Origin: Aplysia californica
Lineage: Eukaryota
Direction: 5' to 3'
DNA length: 64,000 nucleotides
NCBI RefSeq assembly: GCF_000002075.1
Contig: NW_004798504.1
Span: 9,235-73,234, forward strand
Shown here: positions 11,731 to 46,841 of the stretch, one piece after another
How the letters are laid out: the number at the start of each line of letters is the position of its first letter
Position numbering within the stretch: the first letter of the stretch is position 1
Notes under the pieces: model-generated
Told to the model about the DNA's origin: nothing
Seen by the model: the letters and a program-made list of their open reading frames with translations, nothing else
The model's database searches: none
Made by a program: the position numbers and the translations under genes

Positions 11731-12563
11731 CAGTCGAACCTGTGTAAGACGGAATCGCAAGGGAGCCAGAAAAAAAATTCCATCTTAGACAAGGTAATTT
11801 AGAGGGAGATGGAGAGGGGGGGGGGGGAGGTCCAAAGGGAATGCTTGTCTGATTGGCTAGCAGTGGTCAAAACTTCACACCTCAATTGCTATCCTGTGTG
11901 ATAATGACATGCGTCAGTCTTACTGATCCAATTACCTCCAGTGCTTGGCTTTCACAGGATCACTGTTTGACCTATTAAAAACAGAAATGTTTGAACACCT
12001 CCTTTGCTTCCACCCTTAGCCACACCCTTCGTTGTAACAAGCAGGGTCTATCAATGCCACCCCTCACTGCCATCATGTAACAACGATTCAAGAAACTATT
12101 TTCTCTGCTGGCGGTACGATCAGGGCGGCAGGCATTGGTCAAACTAATTTTACACTTCTGGCTTCTGGCTACCCAGGAAAGTTTCGGTAGTGGCTCACTA
12201 CTCGAGCACTCTCACGGGCAGTCGTGAGATTTCACACCCACTCCACCCTGACCATCTGCATCTCTCGGGGCTCACTTGATGGGGGTAACATCTACCCCCA
12301 AATTGCACCCCAACTCTCCATCTTTGCTCAACGGCATGACCATGGCGTTCAGTTTAGAGCCAGCGGAACCAAAGGTGCGAGTTTTGTTTGAAATCGGGGC
12401 TAAGTGGGCAAAGCATTTTCCATCATAGACAGATGAAACCCTCGGAAGGGAGCGGAACTTTCTTTCCGTTTCCGTGTTTAACAGGTTTCTGTTTTGAACA
12501 TGTAATTAAAGAGGAATATATGAAGGGGGGAGCGGGGAGATTCCGTTAAGGCAGGTTCGACTG
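11731..12563. mobile_element. Non-autonomous Tc1/mariner (pogo/Tigger-like) DNA transposon
   Basis: Terminal inverted repeats CAGTCGAACCTG..ACGGAATC / GATTCCGT..CAGGTTCGACTG; TA on the left flank, AA on the right. Confidence 0.7.
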
Positions 12564-15500
12564 AAGTGGCTGTGTTCCGTTGGACAGATTATCGTTTTAT
12601 GCTGTGCCATAACCAGAAAAATGAAAGGGGAAAGGGGGGGGTGGATGGAAAGTGGGCGTCATGGCAGGTTAGACCAAAGTACTCAAAGGTCATCCCGTTC
12701 TTATCATAGACTGCTTTCTGTATTGCATCTTTTTGAGAACAGAAAAAATACTGATTATTTGTTTTATTTTTGAGTTTAGCAAAATAAATGGTTTTGGTTC
12801 CTCTCTGTGAATTGTTCTTCAAAATAATTGTTTTTTTGGGTGTAATATTTCGTTTTAACTTTTAAGTTGCTGTTCCAGATTCATTGGTTAGCAAATTAGG
12901 AGATTTTTTTCGTGCTGGTTTAGGGTAATTGTTTCATCTTACTGCAGTCTTGTATGAAGGCAGAGACCCTCAATATCTTTCTTGAGTAAACACTGTATTT
13001 TTATTATTTTTCCTTTATTTTCATGCTGAGGAGGACCCATGAGTCCTGTCTTTTTCTTTGTATTTCATTCAGTGTGGTCGGCAGTCTATTTTCTTCAACT
13101 TCTGCTGTCCCCCTCTTTTTCTTGCCTTTTAATCCCCAGTGATCAGATATTATCTTTTGAGTGTTGTCCTAAGACTTGACCAATTCTTGTGGATGTGTAT
13201 AGGTTGAGGGTTTCCCTCTTGGCTTCAGTATTTTTAATTCATGATGCCTCAAATGACTTGCTACCCACTGTGACTGCTTCTCTCCAAGTGGGTCCGTCAT
13301 GAGCTAGGCTAAGCTGTCTCATTCACAATGTTTCATTTTCATAGTTTCATTTCAATAGGCTATCAAATCATATTGACAATTGGTCGCTTTTAAGCACAAG
13401 TGGGATATCCTGAAAAAATGCTGTTTTGAGAAAGTCTGAGGTAAAGTTTTTGAAACCCTGTTCAATTTCTTTAAAAGATAAGGAGAGTTTAATCTATCAC
13501 CAAACAAATATACACACCAATGAAACCAAACTTCTCTTATACATAGGGCAATGCCTACTTTTGGTGTAGGTCAAGATTTCTGGAAACCCCCGAAATCTGG
13601 GTGTGCCCTCTTGTCCTTAAAAACGATCATATATAAAAAGTAAAAAGTGATCAGACAAGAAACAATTACATTAGTCACCCTTTAGCTACCAATGTTGCAT
13701 CATAAACATTCACTCTCAAGTTTCTGGTTCACACTTGCCTCAAATCNNNNNNNNNNNNNNNNNNNNNNNNNNNNNNNNNNNNNNNNNNNNNNNNNNNNNN
13801 NNNNNNNNNNNNNNNNNNNNNNNNNNNNNNNNNNNNNNNNNNNNNNNNNNNNNNNNNNNNNNNNNNNNNNNNNNNNNNNNNNNNNNNNNNNNNNNNNNNN
13901 NNNNNNNNNNNNNNNNNNNNNNNNNNNNCCACGTAAACATCTCAATCTTCTCATGGGCATCAGTATCACTCATGGGTCATTATTTCGTCATAGCAGAAAT
14001 AAGGGAAGCCAATGGGTTGGAGCTGAGTAGTGTCCATTGAAATCTGTATAAGAACTCGGACTGTTTAGTCTAAGAAACTGCCTTTTGTGTCTCTTGATGA
14101 CCAGGATCTTAGTCAGAGACCACTGTACTTTATTATATGTTTTTGCAAGAATGAAACAAAGCAAAGACAAATAATTTATAAATCTTTCTTTTATGAAAAA
14201 CAAATTGATAAGTATAGAATTTTTTGGCCCTGTGTTCAAGTCTTAAGTTGCTACCATTTTGAAGGGCATGTAAATAGATTTTGATATGTTGAGTAGTTTG
14301 CACAAATAAGTATTTGATACCAGTATTGTCCCTTGCATTTAAATGACATGATGGCAAGTCTCCTACTTGTTCTGGTGTAAGATTGAAGTGGCTCTTTCGC
14401 CACAGTGTGGAGGGGCAAGGTTAAGTACCAGTGTTACTCAAGAGCAGGACCAGGAAGTGGAAAATATCTGTCCTGGGTTCAGCCACTTGACTGTCTCGTT
14501 GAGTGGGCACGTTTGTTGTGTCAGGTTCTGACGTGCTCTACTTCTGTACAATAAAATTTCCATTGCCCTGCATGAGGTTATTGTGAGTCAACAGAGTGTT
14601 TGTTTGCTCTGTGTCTATGGGGGTAAAGATAAAGGGGGGTGGGGGGGTGTGTAATTAGTGAACTGATGGAGGAGAAGAAGGACTACTTATACTAATCTTT
14701 CTCCATTATAATTTGAAAGTTGTCATGGTTTCACAAGACAAAGATATTATTCTGATCACTTCTACAACTTCATTTTTAATTTTTATCGGTTTGTAGCTTT
14801 TGTTCAAGGTTCATGTACAAAAATTTAACGGAAAGATTTCTTGTTAGGAAATTTTGTTATTGATGGAGAATGATGCATGTGGTAAAGAAAAAGGATCTCT
14901 TATGTTTACTTTAGGGAGTCAGCATGTATTCAGTCTGATTTCTTTTCCCTTCTGCTCATCTGTCCTGAGACTGACTAGCTGGCAGTGAAAAAAACAAAAA
15001 ACGACATGCATCGTTGAGATTTGTCTTTGTCTTTCTTTCTTTTTCACTTTTGTTTGTTCTTTTTTTTCCTTTATTTTTTCTACTTCATTAAAAAAGCGTT
15101 GTCAACAATTAGACTAATTTGTTGTGGTCTGCCCTAAGGATTTCTAAATGTACACCTTCAAATAAAATCATGAATGGCAATCTTCTTTATTGAGTGGTGA
15201 TCCATTTTGCTGCATCATTTAAAGCTGAAAGCTCTTTAAAACAGTCACCTGTTGGTTGAGCTTATGGGTTATTGCTCAGGGGCGGAACAGGCCTGTCAGA
15301 TGGAGATTATAGGTGCATGGTTTCTGACAGGAATATGTCTCGGCTATGTGGAGAAGATGACACCTGTTGTGGTGTTGTGTGAGTCATGACTTTTTAGACT
15401 ATAAAGAAGAAAGAAGTGAACTCTTGCAGAGATGAATTCATGTTGTGGCTTGTTAAGATGTTTGTTTGTGCGTGTCTATGTGTGGTCATATGTATGTACA

Positions 15501-16726
15501 TCTGTATGTGTGACAGGTGACATGTGACATATGTCTTCGAGGCTTAGTATTCCTAGACTGTGGATTGTTAAGATGTTACTGTGGTAATAAATGCTATGCA
15601 TGCTGTATTGTCTGCTAAGGTTGTTCACTCCTGTGGACTCAGTGATCATATTTGTAAATGAAGTTTTCAAGTTTTTTGCTTTGTGTACCATAAATACACT
15701 TTTTCCTCCAAATAATAATCTTTATCGTCAGTACAGAAGTGCACAAAGATGAACACTCCTGCATCATAATGTGTTAGGAAGAAAGAGGGAACTTGTCAGC
15801 AGATAAAAAAAGTGTAAATTGCTGTCAGAAATACTATGTCAATGTTGAAATGAAAACTTTTATGTATATTGTATAATAACTTTGATAATAATTTATTCAA
15901 AGAAACCTCACCTGGAATTATGGTATAAAACAAGAGACTCATATTCTCACCAGTGGAGTCGTGCTTTGTTTCGGCTCTTTTCCTTGCTCTTAGACTTATT
16001 TTGAATCCCCTGTGGGGAAGATATTTTACCCAGCAACACTTTCCACTTGCATAATGTACCCCACCCAGTTGGCGATAGCCTGTACAGACAGGGTAAAAAA
16101 TTGCCTGTCACCAAAACGATCTAAATATTCTTGATGGTAAGGTGATGCTTAGTAGATGTTGGCCTGTGGTTTGGCTTTTTCACTCTTTATTATTACTGTC
16201 ATTACATTTTATTGTTACCATACACGCGGGGGTAAGAAGGTGTCACTGGTAGATCTTACTTCATTACCCTGGCCCCTGTTTTTTTGTTTTGTTTTTTGTC
16301 AGCATGTCTTGTTTCATAACCATCTCAAATCACTGTTTTTGTCAATTTGTGATTCTTCGTTTTACTCAACTTCAAGCCAAATGGCTGTTATAGTGTATAT
16401 ACTTTTCAACTTTCACTTATGACAGTTACCATGCTGACCTGTCGGTAAACTTGAGCTCAACTGTGCCCTGGACATTGCTGACAGTACTAAAATATGATTC
16501 AGCACTCACCTAAGGCGTCTTGCAATAGTTTCTGTAACTTTATTTTTGGCTTCCCCTACCCTTTCACAGGTTCAAATGCTGGCATAATTTCAGCTCATTT
16601 TCTTGTGCTGTGGCAGAATTTCCCCCTTGAAATATTGTTTAAAAATTTAATTTTTCTTCCTTTTTTATTTGCCATACTGTTTTTGAAACTCAGAAACAAA
16701 TTTTATTCTCTTTTTTTAAAAAACAG

Positions 16727-36330
<19,604 letters not shown>

Positions 36331-39300
36331 ATAGGAGGCGCGGGGCCCAGCGCCTGTTGTGTACAGTACGGCAAAACCTTGGTTGTGCGTACTCTCTGTG
36401 GGACCGCGTGCGCTTTTTGTTACAAAGTACACGGTTCTACGTCTTCCAGTCCCGGGGTAGCTTCCTTTACTTACGGTTGCTATGATTTTTTTTTTTTTTG
36501 ATTAAAAACATCTTTTTTTTTTTTGTTGGTGTTTTTGTAACGAGGGAGAGGGGGTATGCCGTACCGAGGTTTTGGTGTATTTCTCCTAGGGGAATGACAC
36601 GCATGCTATGACAATAACGTCTGTAGGGCAGCTTTTTGTCAAAGCTGTGACTTTTGACTTATCATCATCCAATTGTTTAGTTGTAGTACTGAGGTGAGTG
36701 TGAGTGGATGTTGTTGCCTTCTGTTTTATGGTTTGCCCCCAAAAAAGTAACTTTTTTTTGTAATACTGGACTCTGGAGGAAGGATTGAGAGCGTATTCTT
36801 TGAGTATTATCTACATATTGTTCTAGTGAAGCTAAAAATCATCTGCATGAAAAAAGTGCCCGTATAGTGTACCATTCAGCTTTCATTTCGCATATGGTCT
36901 GACTGCTTTCATCTTGTTTGCAGTAACACTTTTATCAAGGGCTCTCTGTTGTATTTTTTTTTATACAGGCTAAATCATTTCAGGTGTCAGCTCTTGTAGA
37001 TTATATCCATGGAACTCAGGGTGCCCAAGACACCCTCCCCCCTTTTTTTTTTGAAAGGGCATTCTTCGTCGCTTTTTGGAGTCTTCTGTATTCAAGGTTT
37101 CCTGGTCGGTATTTCCCCCAAATGCTGTGCCTTTGAAATGAACTGTTCTGTGTCTAGCTAGTAGGGCAAAGTGGGACAGAAAATCCCAACACCCTCTTGT
37201 ATATATATCTATGCACTGAAAGAATGGACACAGTCTCCCTGGCCGTGTCCTCTAGGTGCAGCTCCTCGTCTGTTACAGCTGCGGGTCTGCCCCGCCTTGA
37301 CTGCTGTCTGCCACAGTGCTGGTGGTAGCTCAGTCTTTGGCCTCAGAAATGAGTCTTACGAGCCTGACTGACGGTTCAGTTGTTCCACCCGACTCGTTTT
37401 TGCGCTGACTGATTTGTGCGTTCCACGTGTGTGTAGTCAGCTTTGATCTCCAATGAAGAAGTCGACGATGCAGCATCTCTCTTCCTCTGGGTGTCTGTAT
37501 TTTGTGTGTGTGTGTATGTATATAAGTGTCTTAAGCCCGGACTGTATGTGGCCTGTATATTGTCTAGAATGTTCTCCATCATTTGATGGACTTCCACTGA
37601 TTTTGTTGGCTGCGTATGTGTGGGTCTGCTTATTTTCCTTTATGTTGTTGTTTCACCTATAAGGATGGACAGTTTATTCTATGTGTCTGTTGCTGATATT
37701 GAACAAAATTTTCTGTTTTGTTTTGAAGAATGGAATTTATTTACTTCTTGCCTTTTGGAGTGGAGTTTTTGTTAAGGTAGGGTTTTTAGGGTGACATCAG
37801 AGTGAATAGATGTACAAGCTTGAACTAAAACACCCCTGTGCGCGCTCCCCCCCCCTTTATCTTTCTGTTTTTCCCCAAGTCTCAGAAAAATCTTACTTTT
37901 GATGTAGAACCATGCTGTTGTGTTACTAAGTTGAAAGTTTGACTCAGAATGAACATGGGGGTTAATGAAAGTACGAAAGAGCCAGGAAATTTTTTCGGGA
38001 GTAAGAGTGACACTTAGCCTTTCTGGCGTTTTTGTGTTGAATAGGTTTACAGTCTCTTATTGAGCTGCGTGGAGTGTGACGTGGAAAGGAGCCCAGTGTG
38101 TATGAAATTTCTATCTCTGCCATCTTTGACTGTCACACAGTCAGCTCAGTTGGTATCACGCTGGGCTATATTGCGCGTGACTGCAATTCAATTCCCCGAT
38201 GGCGAGTTCTTGAAATCGTGTCCTGGAGAGTTTTCAACGCTCGCTCTCCCCACCAACTTGACTGTTCTTTTGGGAATTGACGTTAAATCCAGAGGTCTGG
38301 CCCTGTTCAACATCCTTGTAGTGTTTGTAGAGGCCTTGTACCCATGCAGTGCTGTAATGATTTATTTGGTTTGGTTGCCGCTTGAGTTCTGCCCAAAGGT
38401 GGTACTTTTGTCTGTAGTTGCAGACTGCTATGTTGAAGCATAATTACACACTCAGCGAGGATCATTTGTTTTCTATAGGAGGCTATATCTTTGAGCATGC
38501 ATGTTTAGGTGAAAGAGGAGTAGAAATTTATATATATGCATTAACTCTTAAATCAGTGGTCTGTCTGCTAATGGATAATCTTTGTTTTGTTTACAAAGTC
38601 AGCACTAGTTTAGTTTAATGCCAAAGGTGTGCTGGAAAGTTGTTTTTTTTCTTTGATTGGGCATTTGTTTTTGTTAATTATGGAAATGATGTGATGAAAT
38701 CGGACAATTTGCCTTGTTTGTTGATTTGTATGAGATTGTTCTGACAAAGTTCTTGATTCACATTTTACTGTGCATACATGATGTTTTTTCCCCCCTCTGC
38801 CCACATGTTGGAATCTGTAAGAAACCTCAAACTATGTTGTGTTGCCCTGTGGACATTTGTTTCCAGCTCTTGATTTGCACACATTGTTCTGTCTTTTTTT
38901 TCAGGGGTTTGTCACAGATCTCTTAAAAACATACACCTCACACCATAGTATGATACTCGCACACATATTATTATGATAAGCACTTGCAAAATTTTCTGGA
39001 TACTGAAGAGTGTGTACAACAAAAATACTTTGGTATACACCGCAAGGCATGAGTTTTTTTTGTTTCCTGGTCCCACTTTTGATGGTGAGTGGACCCACAC
39101 TTTCTCTTTTCTCTGCCCTCTCTCTATTTTGCTGTTTGCTGACACGTTTTTGTTATAATGAAACTGGCACGGTGCTATCCTGAGTGATGATGATTGTCTT
39201 GGAAATGCAGACGTCCATGTGTGTGTGTGTGTGAGTTTGTACCCCTGAGTAGCAGTCTGTGTCTGTGTTTGGTTGGATTTTTTTTTTGGGGGGNNNNNNN

Positions 39301-42300
39301 NNNNNNNNNNNNNNNNNNNNNNNNNNNNNNNNNNNNNNNNNNNNNNNNNNNNNNNNNNNNNNNNNNNNNNNNNNNNNNNNNNNNNNNNNNNNNTTATAGT
39401 TGTGTCACTGTGGAGGTTCAATGAATTAACAGGTGAGAGACAGATATTTGGGGCTCGGTTGGTTATCTCCCTATGATTGTACTTGGTAGGCTCCGTGCAT
39501 CCACAATGGGCTGAGAATGTCTTGACTCTGTGGTAAAGTACTATAGATCTGTAGCTATAGATATACAATTAAAGAAAAAGTTTTGTTTTTATGCCAGTGT
39601 GTCTCAAGACAAGAGTCCCATCCTATTCTCCCCCCCCCCCCCAATTAAGTAGGATAACAGGTTGTTCTTGATAGGTCAACCTACAAGTGTTCTGTGTCAA
39701 TGTAGAGGAAATTGCATATGTCCATGCTCCCCCTCCTCGTTGTTTGTGATCTGTGCCTCTTATATCCTAATACTCAACTGTACATTGGTACTTTTACGGA
39801 CAAGAATAGTCAACTCATCATGCCCCAGCCTAAAAGATCTTTGTGTATTCTAAAAGCCATAACACCCACCATCACTACTATTTGTACAACAGCCACTTTG
39901 GGCTCCCCATAGGGTTTTTATATTGAACTAGTCCAGTCTGACTGTTTCCATATGTGCAAGACATAGAGTCGAACCTACCCAAGAGAACAACCCATTGTCC
40001 AGGAGGAAAGCGGCCATATCAGACAGGTGATCCTCTGGTCTTTTGTCATGGTGATTGTCTTGGACAGGTGGTCGTTAGAATAGGTTCATATTTATTTCAA
40101 TCTCTTTGTTACTGTCTGTGTGAGATGGTTTGGGTACACAGGGAACCACTTTTGTAGAACAGGTCGGGGACAGTTGCTTGATGTGTGTGTGTATGTGTGT
40201 GTTCATTTTTGTGTGTTTTTATCTTTGTTTCCAAGAAAGGCAATGTTGTTTCCTCCTCCTTTATTTTGTTGACCGTAGTTTACTATCGTTATTTTGGTGT
40301 GGACAACAACACAACTGCTAAATGGCTGAGAGCAAGAGTGTGTGATCCTGTAGATTCTGTGACTTCGAAGTCTTGAGTTGTTTTTTTTTTAAGCATTAGA
40401 ATAATTTGTACATAATCATGTTTGATAATTTTGTGTGTGTATGATTATGAATGTATGTATGTGTGTAAGGAAAGGCACATTCATGTTAATACATTTCTTC
40501 TTTACTTTTTGTTTGTTTGTTACTTTCACGTTGACTTGAGAATTTTGTTCAAATGATATTTCTGTGTTTATGTTGTTGTTTTGTTTAAATGCGGAGAGAA
40601 ATGACACTTAAATCACTTGCTATTGAATGCTCAGGTACTGTGGCCTGATACTGCGGGCTGATGGGCTGTACTGTAAGTGCATGGCCTGGCACTTGAGCAG
40701 GTGTACAGTAATTTCTTGCTTACCTTGGCTCCATGGAGACATTTGGGAGTGTTACTGTAAATATACACATGTAGGTGTGTGAACTAACTTCAGTGTTATA
40801 CAAAATTTCATCTGCTGAGCAGTTGCCAAAACTGAACATTCCGAAGTGCCCCTCTTGTCCCCTATACTCTTTATTCCCCCCCCACCCCCATATCCCTCCC
40901 TGTCCCTTCTACAGTTTCTGTGGAGTGAGTGCCTGTACTAAGAGTTCCTCTCAGAATCTCTCACTACGGCTGTAGCACACTCCCTGACCTGACTTACTCT
41001 ACCCACCAGCTGCTGCCCACCCCTACATATCTACTACAGCCACCACCGTTTTTCTCCCCACTCCCCCCTCTGACAGAAAGGCTGTGCTGTTTAAGTTTAT
41101 CTGTAACATTTTTCTATATTATCCCCACCCCAAAGTTTTTTAAATTCTGGGTGCTGAGGAAATGTCTCTACAGTCAATTTTGAAATTAAAAAAAAAGACA
41201 ATTGAGCCAATGAACTGTTCAGATTCTTTACTTCGTGGCATTGAGAGGCACTTTCTAGTGTAGCATGGTCACAAGTACAACAACGGGGCTGTGGGTGGGA
41301 TATGATGGTGAGGTCTAGTGTGAACTCTTTGCATTTTTTGTTTTTTTACCAGATTCTTTTCACTTCTGGGTTCAGCTCCTCTTGTTTTGTCAACTGCTCC
41401 ACCCATGTTTTGCCCACACATCCTGCCGTACTCTATACTCTTGCACTAAGGTATTGTTATAGACTGACAGAGTAGCAGAGGATGTGCTGATGGCTCAGTT
41501 TTTCATCAAGTTGAACTAGTTTTTCTGTTTGTCCATTTCTCTGTGTTGATGAATAAGTAGGGGAGTGTAAAAGTAAACGGGGCCAAAAGTAAAAGCATCT
41601 GATTTTTGTCACGAGTTTTAAGAAATAATGTTGCTGCCACTGGTGTGTGTTTCCAGCTTGTCTTTTGGAGTAGTGGAATTCATTTTCAATTTTCTGTTTG
41701 CGGTATCTTGCCCACAAGAAAGTTGAATCCCGTTTTGCACCACAGATGATTTTTCGGGCTACATCTCAGCATTAATGATTACAAGAAAGCAGGGAGGTGG
41801 ATACCCTGAGCATGTACAGATGTTTGATCCTGGCCACCGAGTGAGGTGTGAGTTTGACTCGATGTCGCTGACGCCAGCTTTCTTCCTGACTCCCCTCTCT
41901 CTACTCTGTGCGCGGTTTTGTGGCACATACCACAGCACATTCACCCATGCATCCTGTAGATATATCTGTCATCACCAGCAGTAGTTGTATCAGACAAAGG
42001 GATCCTGTCACCGTAGTTACAAGTAACAAAGTTTGTTGTACCGTACGTCATGCATGAGGCGCGTCTTTAGGAAAGAACTTGCTTTTTACGCTTCGTGATC
42101 TTGTTTGTTTGCCGAGAGAGAAAGAGAGAGAGCTAACATGCCAATGTAATGCAGCTTTGTAATCTAATTCTCTATTACTATGATTATAATTAATTCAGTT
42201 TATTTTAATACGACTGGCTTTGCTAAACTCGTCACTACTTGTAAAAGTCTGAGTATCTATTTATATCTACTCGACATGTATATCATTTATATCGCATATG

Positions 42301-44491
42301 CACATCCAGTACATCTCTAGTTCACCCAAAAGGTAGTTTTTTTTTCCCCCATTCTTGGTCATTTCACATCAAAGACTGGATTATTGAGTTTGTCACTATT
42401 TGTTTGGATGAAAAAAATGTCTTCTTGCAAGGTACCTGTCTTGACACGACAGCTGTCTTCTTGAGAAATGTCACATGACTGTAGGATCACAACGTCCAGG
42501 GACTGATGTGTTGTGTGTGTGTGTGTGTGTGTGGGCGTGCCTGCATGTGTGCATTCACTCTCAGCTCCTCACCCTTGAGAGTTGATGATGACTTAAAAAG
42601 TTTAATTTTTCTCTCGTGGTTGATTCTGTCTTGGATTTGTTTGTTTTTCGACAAGATTTTCTATTGTGTGTGATGTTTGGATTATGTTTGTTTTCGGTAA
42701 ATATCAAGTCATGAATCTTGTGAGAGTACTGTGTGGTTGAAGTGCCTTGGTTTCTGTATTATCATCGATAATCCTCCTCCCCCCCTCCCCTTCTTGTATT
42801 TACAACTTATCCTATACTTAAAATGTTCAGTTGAAATATTCTGCTGGTTTTATGATTTTGGCTGCTGGTAAAGGCTAAATTCTTTTTCATCTTCTTGAAG
42901 AAAAATCTGCAATATTCCATTTTTATCTTATTCTTTTGTACCCTGGAATGGTTCTGATCTTGGACTTACCACAGAATATGCTAAATTTTCAACAAAATCT
43001 CCCCCCCCCCCCCCCTTAGAATATTGATTTTTTATTATTTAGCTCTTCACATTGATTCCCACATCACATTTCATGGTCGTACCACCAGTGACAGATGTTT
43101 TTAGGTTTAAAAATATATTGCAGTTTGTTAGACGCTTTTGTTGTTTTTTTGTTTTTTGTTTTCACCCCAACACTAGTCCTGAAGACGTCCATTTTCTTTT
43201 TGAAGGATAGCGCGTGTTAGAATATGCTCACATAGCTCCCTCCCTGGGGGTAGTGATGAAGTGTCGTGCTACAATTATCTTATTATAAACACTCAAGAAT
43301 TCTTCAGTTTATAGAAATATGAACGATTTGGAAAGCAAAACTTAAGGGTTTTTTGTTGTTGTTTTTTTAGTAAGTGTAGTGTAAGCCATCCTAAAATTTC
43401 TGTCTGTTGCAATTTTTTTCTTGGCCTTTCTTCATTTTCACGCTCTAAAAATACTAAGAGCAATTTCAAAACTATTCATGTGATAGTATTCATGATTGTC
43501 GGTGACAAATTTGACATGGCCATCTGTTTTCGTAGTCTATTAAAAATAACCACAAGTATGGATTTCTGAGAAAAAAAGATCTTCCGTGGATTAATTTGGT
43601 TTTTAAAAAATTGTTTTTTAAAATTTGGGTGTGTGTGTTTCCCCCACTTGTGTTGAATCGCAGGGATTGTCGTGCAAATTGTATAAAGATGAGATTTTGT
43701 TTGTTTTGCCCTAGTCTGAATCGATTTGTAATGTCCTAGGTAGTGGAGACTATGCAAACATGTGCCTCCAGGTTTTCGTATGCGATGTAAATGAGTTGAA
43801 AGATGTACTGTAAAGGCATCTAGCTTTGTTTTGTCATATGATTCGTTCCTATTTATTTTGAAATGTTGTTTACCATGGTCTCGCAGCTAGGCACTTCTCT
43901 GTCACACACAGGAGACCTGAATTTGCTATTTTCACAGGACACCCAAGTTCGATTCCCAATTGGGGTGAAATTTTTATTGAGGATCTCCGTCTTTCTGCTG
44001 GAATCCTTCTAACAGCCCAGGTTGGCCCCGACTGGCGGGATCAGAAGCTGGCCTCTAATGTGATCTTAGTTGTGTCGATGGGTAAAAATGTCAACATTAA
44101 AAAAAAAAAGTGTTGCTTCCAAATTTATATTTGTTTTGTATGTAGGCCTAGATCTGATTTTACTGGAATTTTGTTGTAACTCTGTGGGTTTACGGTTATA
44201 CGGTTAGAGAGCAGAGGTCAGGCTGTCACCGATAGCCTGATATCGCCAACACTGCCGTAATAGATTATAGTCATGTTGGTAAAATTGGTTAAAGTGTTAT
44301 TGAAGCAATATTGATATTAGAATGTTGTAGAGAACAGTTATAAAAGATGAAATTTGAAACCTTAAATGAAAGAACAAAACAAAAATTTCTGCCAATCCAG
44401 TATATCTTTCTATTTTCATGTGCCTGTGTGAAAGGATTTAATAAGTATATATATGCGTGAATGCTGCGTGTTCCTTTTTTTGGTCTTTCTT

Positions 44492-44550
44492 AATAAACAC
44501 ATTCTGCAACTCGCTTGTAGATTTGGCTATTTGAATACATTGGAAATAAA
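44492..44550 (+). terminator. Candidate distal polyadenylation signals of coronin isoform B
   Basis: AATAAA at 44492 and 44545, followed by GT/T-rich sequence; the T/G skew ends shortly downstream. Confidence 0.35.
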
Positions 44551-46841
44551 TATTTCTCGCAATGATTTCTCAAATGTTGGAAGTTGTTTTCGGTCTTTGA
44601 AGTGGGTGGGTTGTGATTGAGAGCACCACGTACAGTGGGTTGTGCTTTTTTATGTTACAGTGCTCTCCCTTTGTTCATTCTTTCTTTTTCCCCACTTATG
44701 CTTCTTTTAACTTGAACCAGAACTGAGCTTGATGTGGGTAGTTGGTGGGTGCACTGGTGTGGTTTGATCCTCTTTTTTTGGTCAAACATCTGTCGTCCTT
44801 ATCTCTCCTTCTTTTTTGTGTATGTTACTCTCTTGTAAGGCATCTAATCATTGGCACATATGTAAAGTAATCTAATTGTGTTCCAAGTGCCATCAAATTC
44901 TTAATGAAACTAAATTGAGCTTGGTCCTTGTGAAAACATTTTTTAAAGTAGAGATTTAAGGTGCACATTGAATCTAGGAGTGAAAAAAGAAGAGAAAAAT
45001 GGAGACAGGCAGACAAGAGAGAGAGGATGAGAAGAGCCGAGTCAATTTGAGGCCAGTGAAGGCTGATGGAGGGCCTTCCTCCAGCATCACCAACAATGAG
45101 TCCTGTAGAGAGTTGTGAGCGCCGTAAAACCCTCTACTTTAAAAAAACAACAAAAACAAACAATGAGTCGAGTAGAGCGTACACCTGAAACTCTGCTTAA
45201 GTTCTGTTTTTAAGTCCAAACTTGTCTCAGGCATACCATTTGAAAACCCCCCCGGTAGATCTAGACCTCATTTGGGGAAAGTTAACGGGTGCTCTGGAGT
45301 GGTTTGCTCCTTTTTTCCCAGTTGAACATCTCGGTCATCCTTATCTCTTCTTTTTCTTTTCTTTGTACTCACTAGTAACACTTCTTAATCTTCAGCACTA
45401 AGGTCTATGACCTATTTGTGTTGCAAGTGCCGTAAAACTTTTTCTAAAAATTAAAACTAAACTTGGATCCATTGTAATGCTGGCAACCCCAGAGTGGCCA
45501 TTTCTGACTCCCCTAAATGATCTAAATTGTGTTGATGGGGGAGTTAAACATTTACAATCAATCAGTAATCAGTGACCATTTTCGCTTTCTGTTTGCTTGA
45601 GATTCTTAATTGCCACAGTTTTATCCATCACAAAGATGGTAAACTAGTCTATCTGAAATTTGGTTAGTAAATACTGAGTAGAACGATTTACAGCCAAAGA
45701 TAGTATCCCAGCAGATGTAGACACACGAACTTAACAAATAATTTCACCAATTCTACAATTGAACTAATTTGTTCTAGATTCTAAGTGCAACAGTTAAAAC
45801 TCTCAACTATCAAAATACATGCGCCGCCCCAGTTCTGCAGAAAGTCAAATGAATTAAGTAATGTCAAGATGAAAGAAGCAAACTGGTGAAAACACACAAA
45901 TATGAGACACCGTACAAAGAAACGCGAGAATGCAGTTTACTCTCCGTATATCACAATTTATCTCTGATTATCAACATTGCAAAATATATGCACACAAAAG
46001 TATTTCAAGTCAGCAGCTTACAGAAGACACAACAATCCTGCGTGGCAGTGCTGATTTACATAAAGTGGCCCCAGTACCTGATCACACTAGAACCACATCT
46101 ATGTAAATCTATTAATAGCAAACTTCCATACATGACAATGACTCACAGCGGGCCTAGTACATGTTCACCAAAACTCATTTCCAGAAATCAATAAGAACAC
46201 ACAATTTCCACGAAAAAGACGGAATAGTTGCATAAATAAATCAGAGCTCCGTAGATCAAATGCCCAGTTCAGGCACTCACACAAGATATATGTATACTTA
46301 TATTTGTATCCTGATACATGTATAAAAGCAGTCCATAATGAAAAAAGCACAATGTATTCATTCAGATAATTCACTGTCGGGTCCATCGCGGTTCTAAGAG
46401 CTCTGAATACAATGGGAAATGATAGACGGTAGAGGCCAGGACTTCTGTGTGGGTAAGCAAAATATATGTCTTACTTAACCAGGCCCATAAGTGAGAAATA
46501 TTATTGTTAAGCTCATATAAAATCATTCCATCATCATCATTATAATTTGTTACTGTAACTTCTCAAATTCTAAGAGAAGGTGATTGTTTTATTGTACAGA
46601 ATCAGCAACTATTAAGGAGAAATATTCACCCTACAAAAACTAATTACAGTATAACACAGATAGCTTGAATTCGTCGGGACCGGCCTCGGTAGTTCGAGGG
46701 ATATCTTACAAAGAGTAAAAAAAAAAAAGGGACCACAGGCACAGTTTGACGGATGCATGATTTCAAGTTTTCCATGTTCGACCTATCACTGTCCGTGTTA
46801 TATTGTATTATGGCTATTATCATAGAAAAAGAATCCATGAA

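Noticed and set aside
13692-14040. ORFs spanning N runs (also near 22.1, 39.3 and 56.1 kb)
   Set aside because: Artefacts of assembly gaps.
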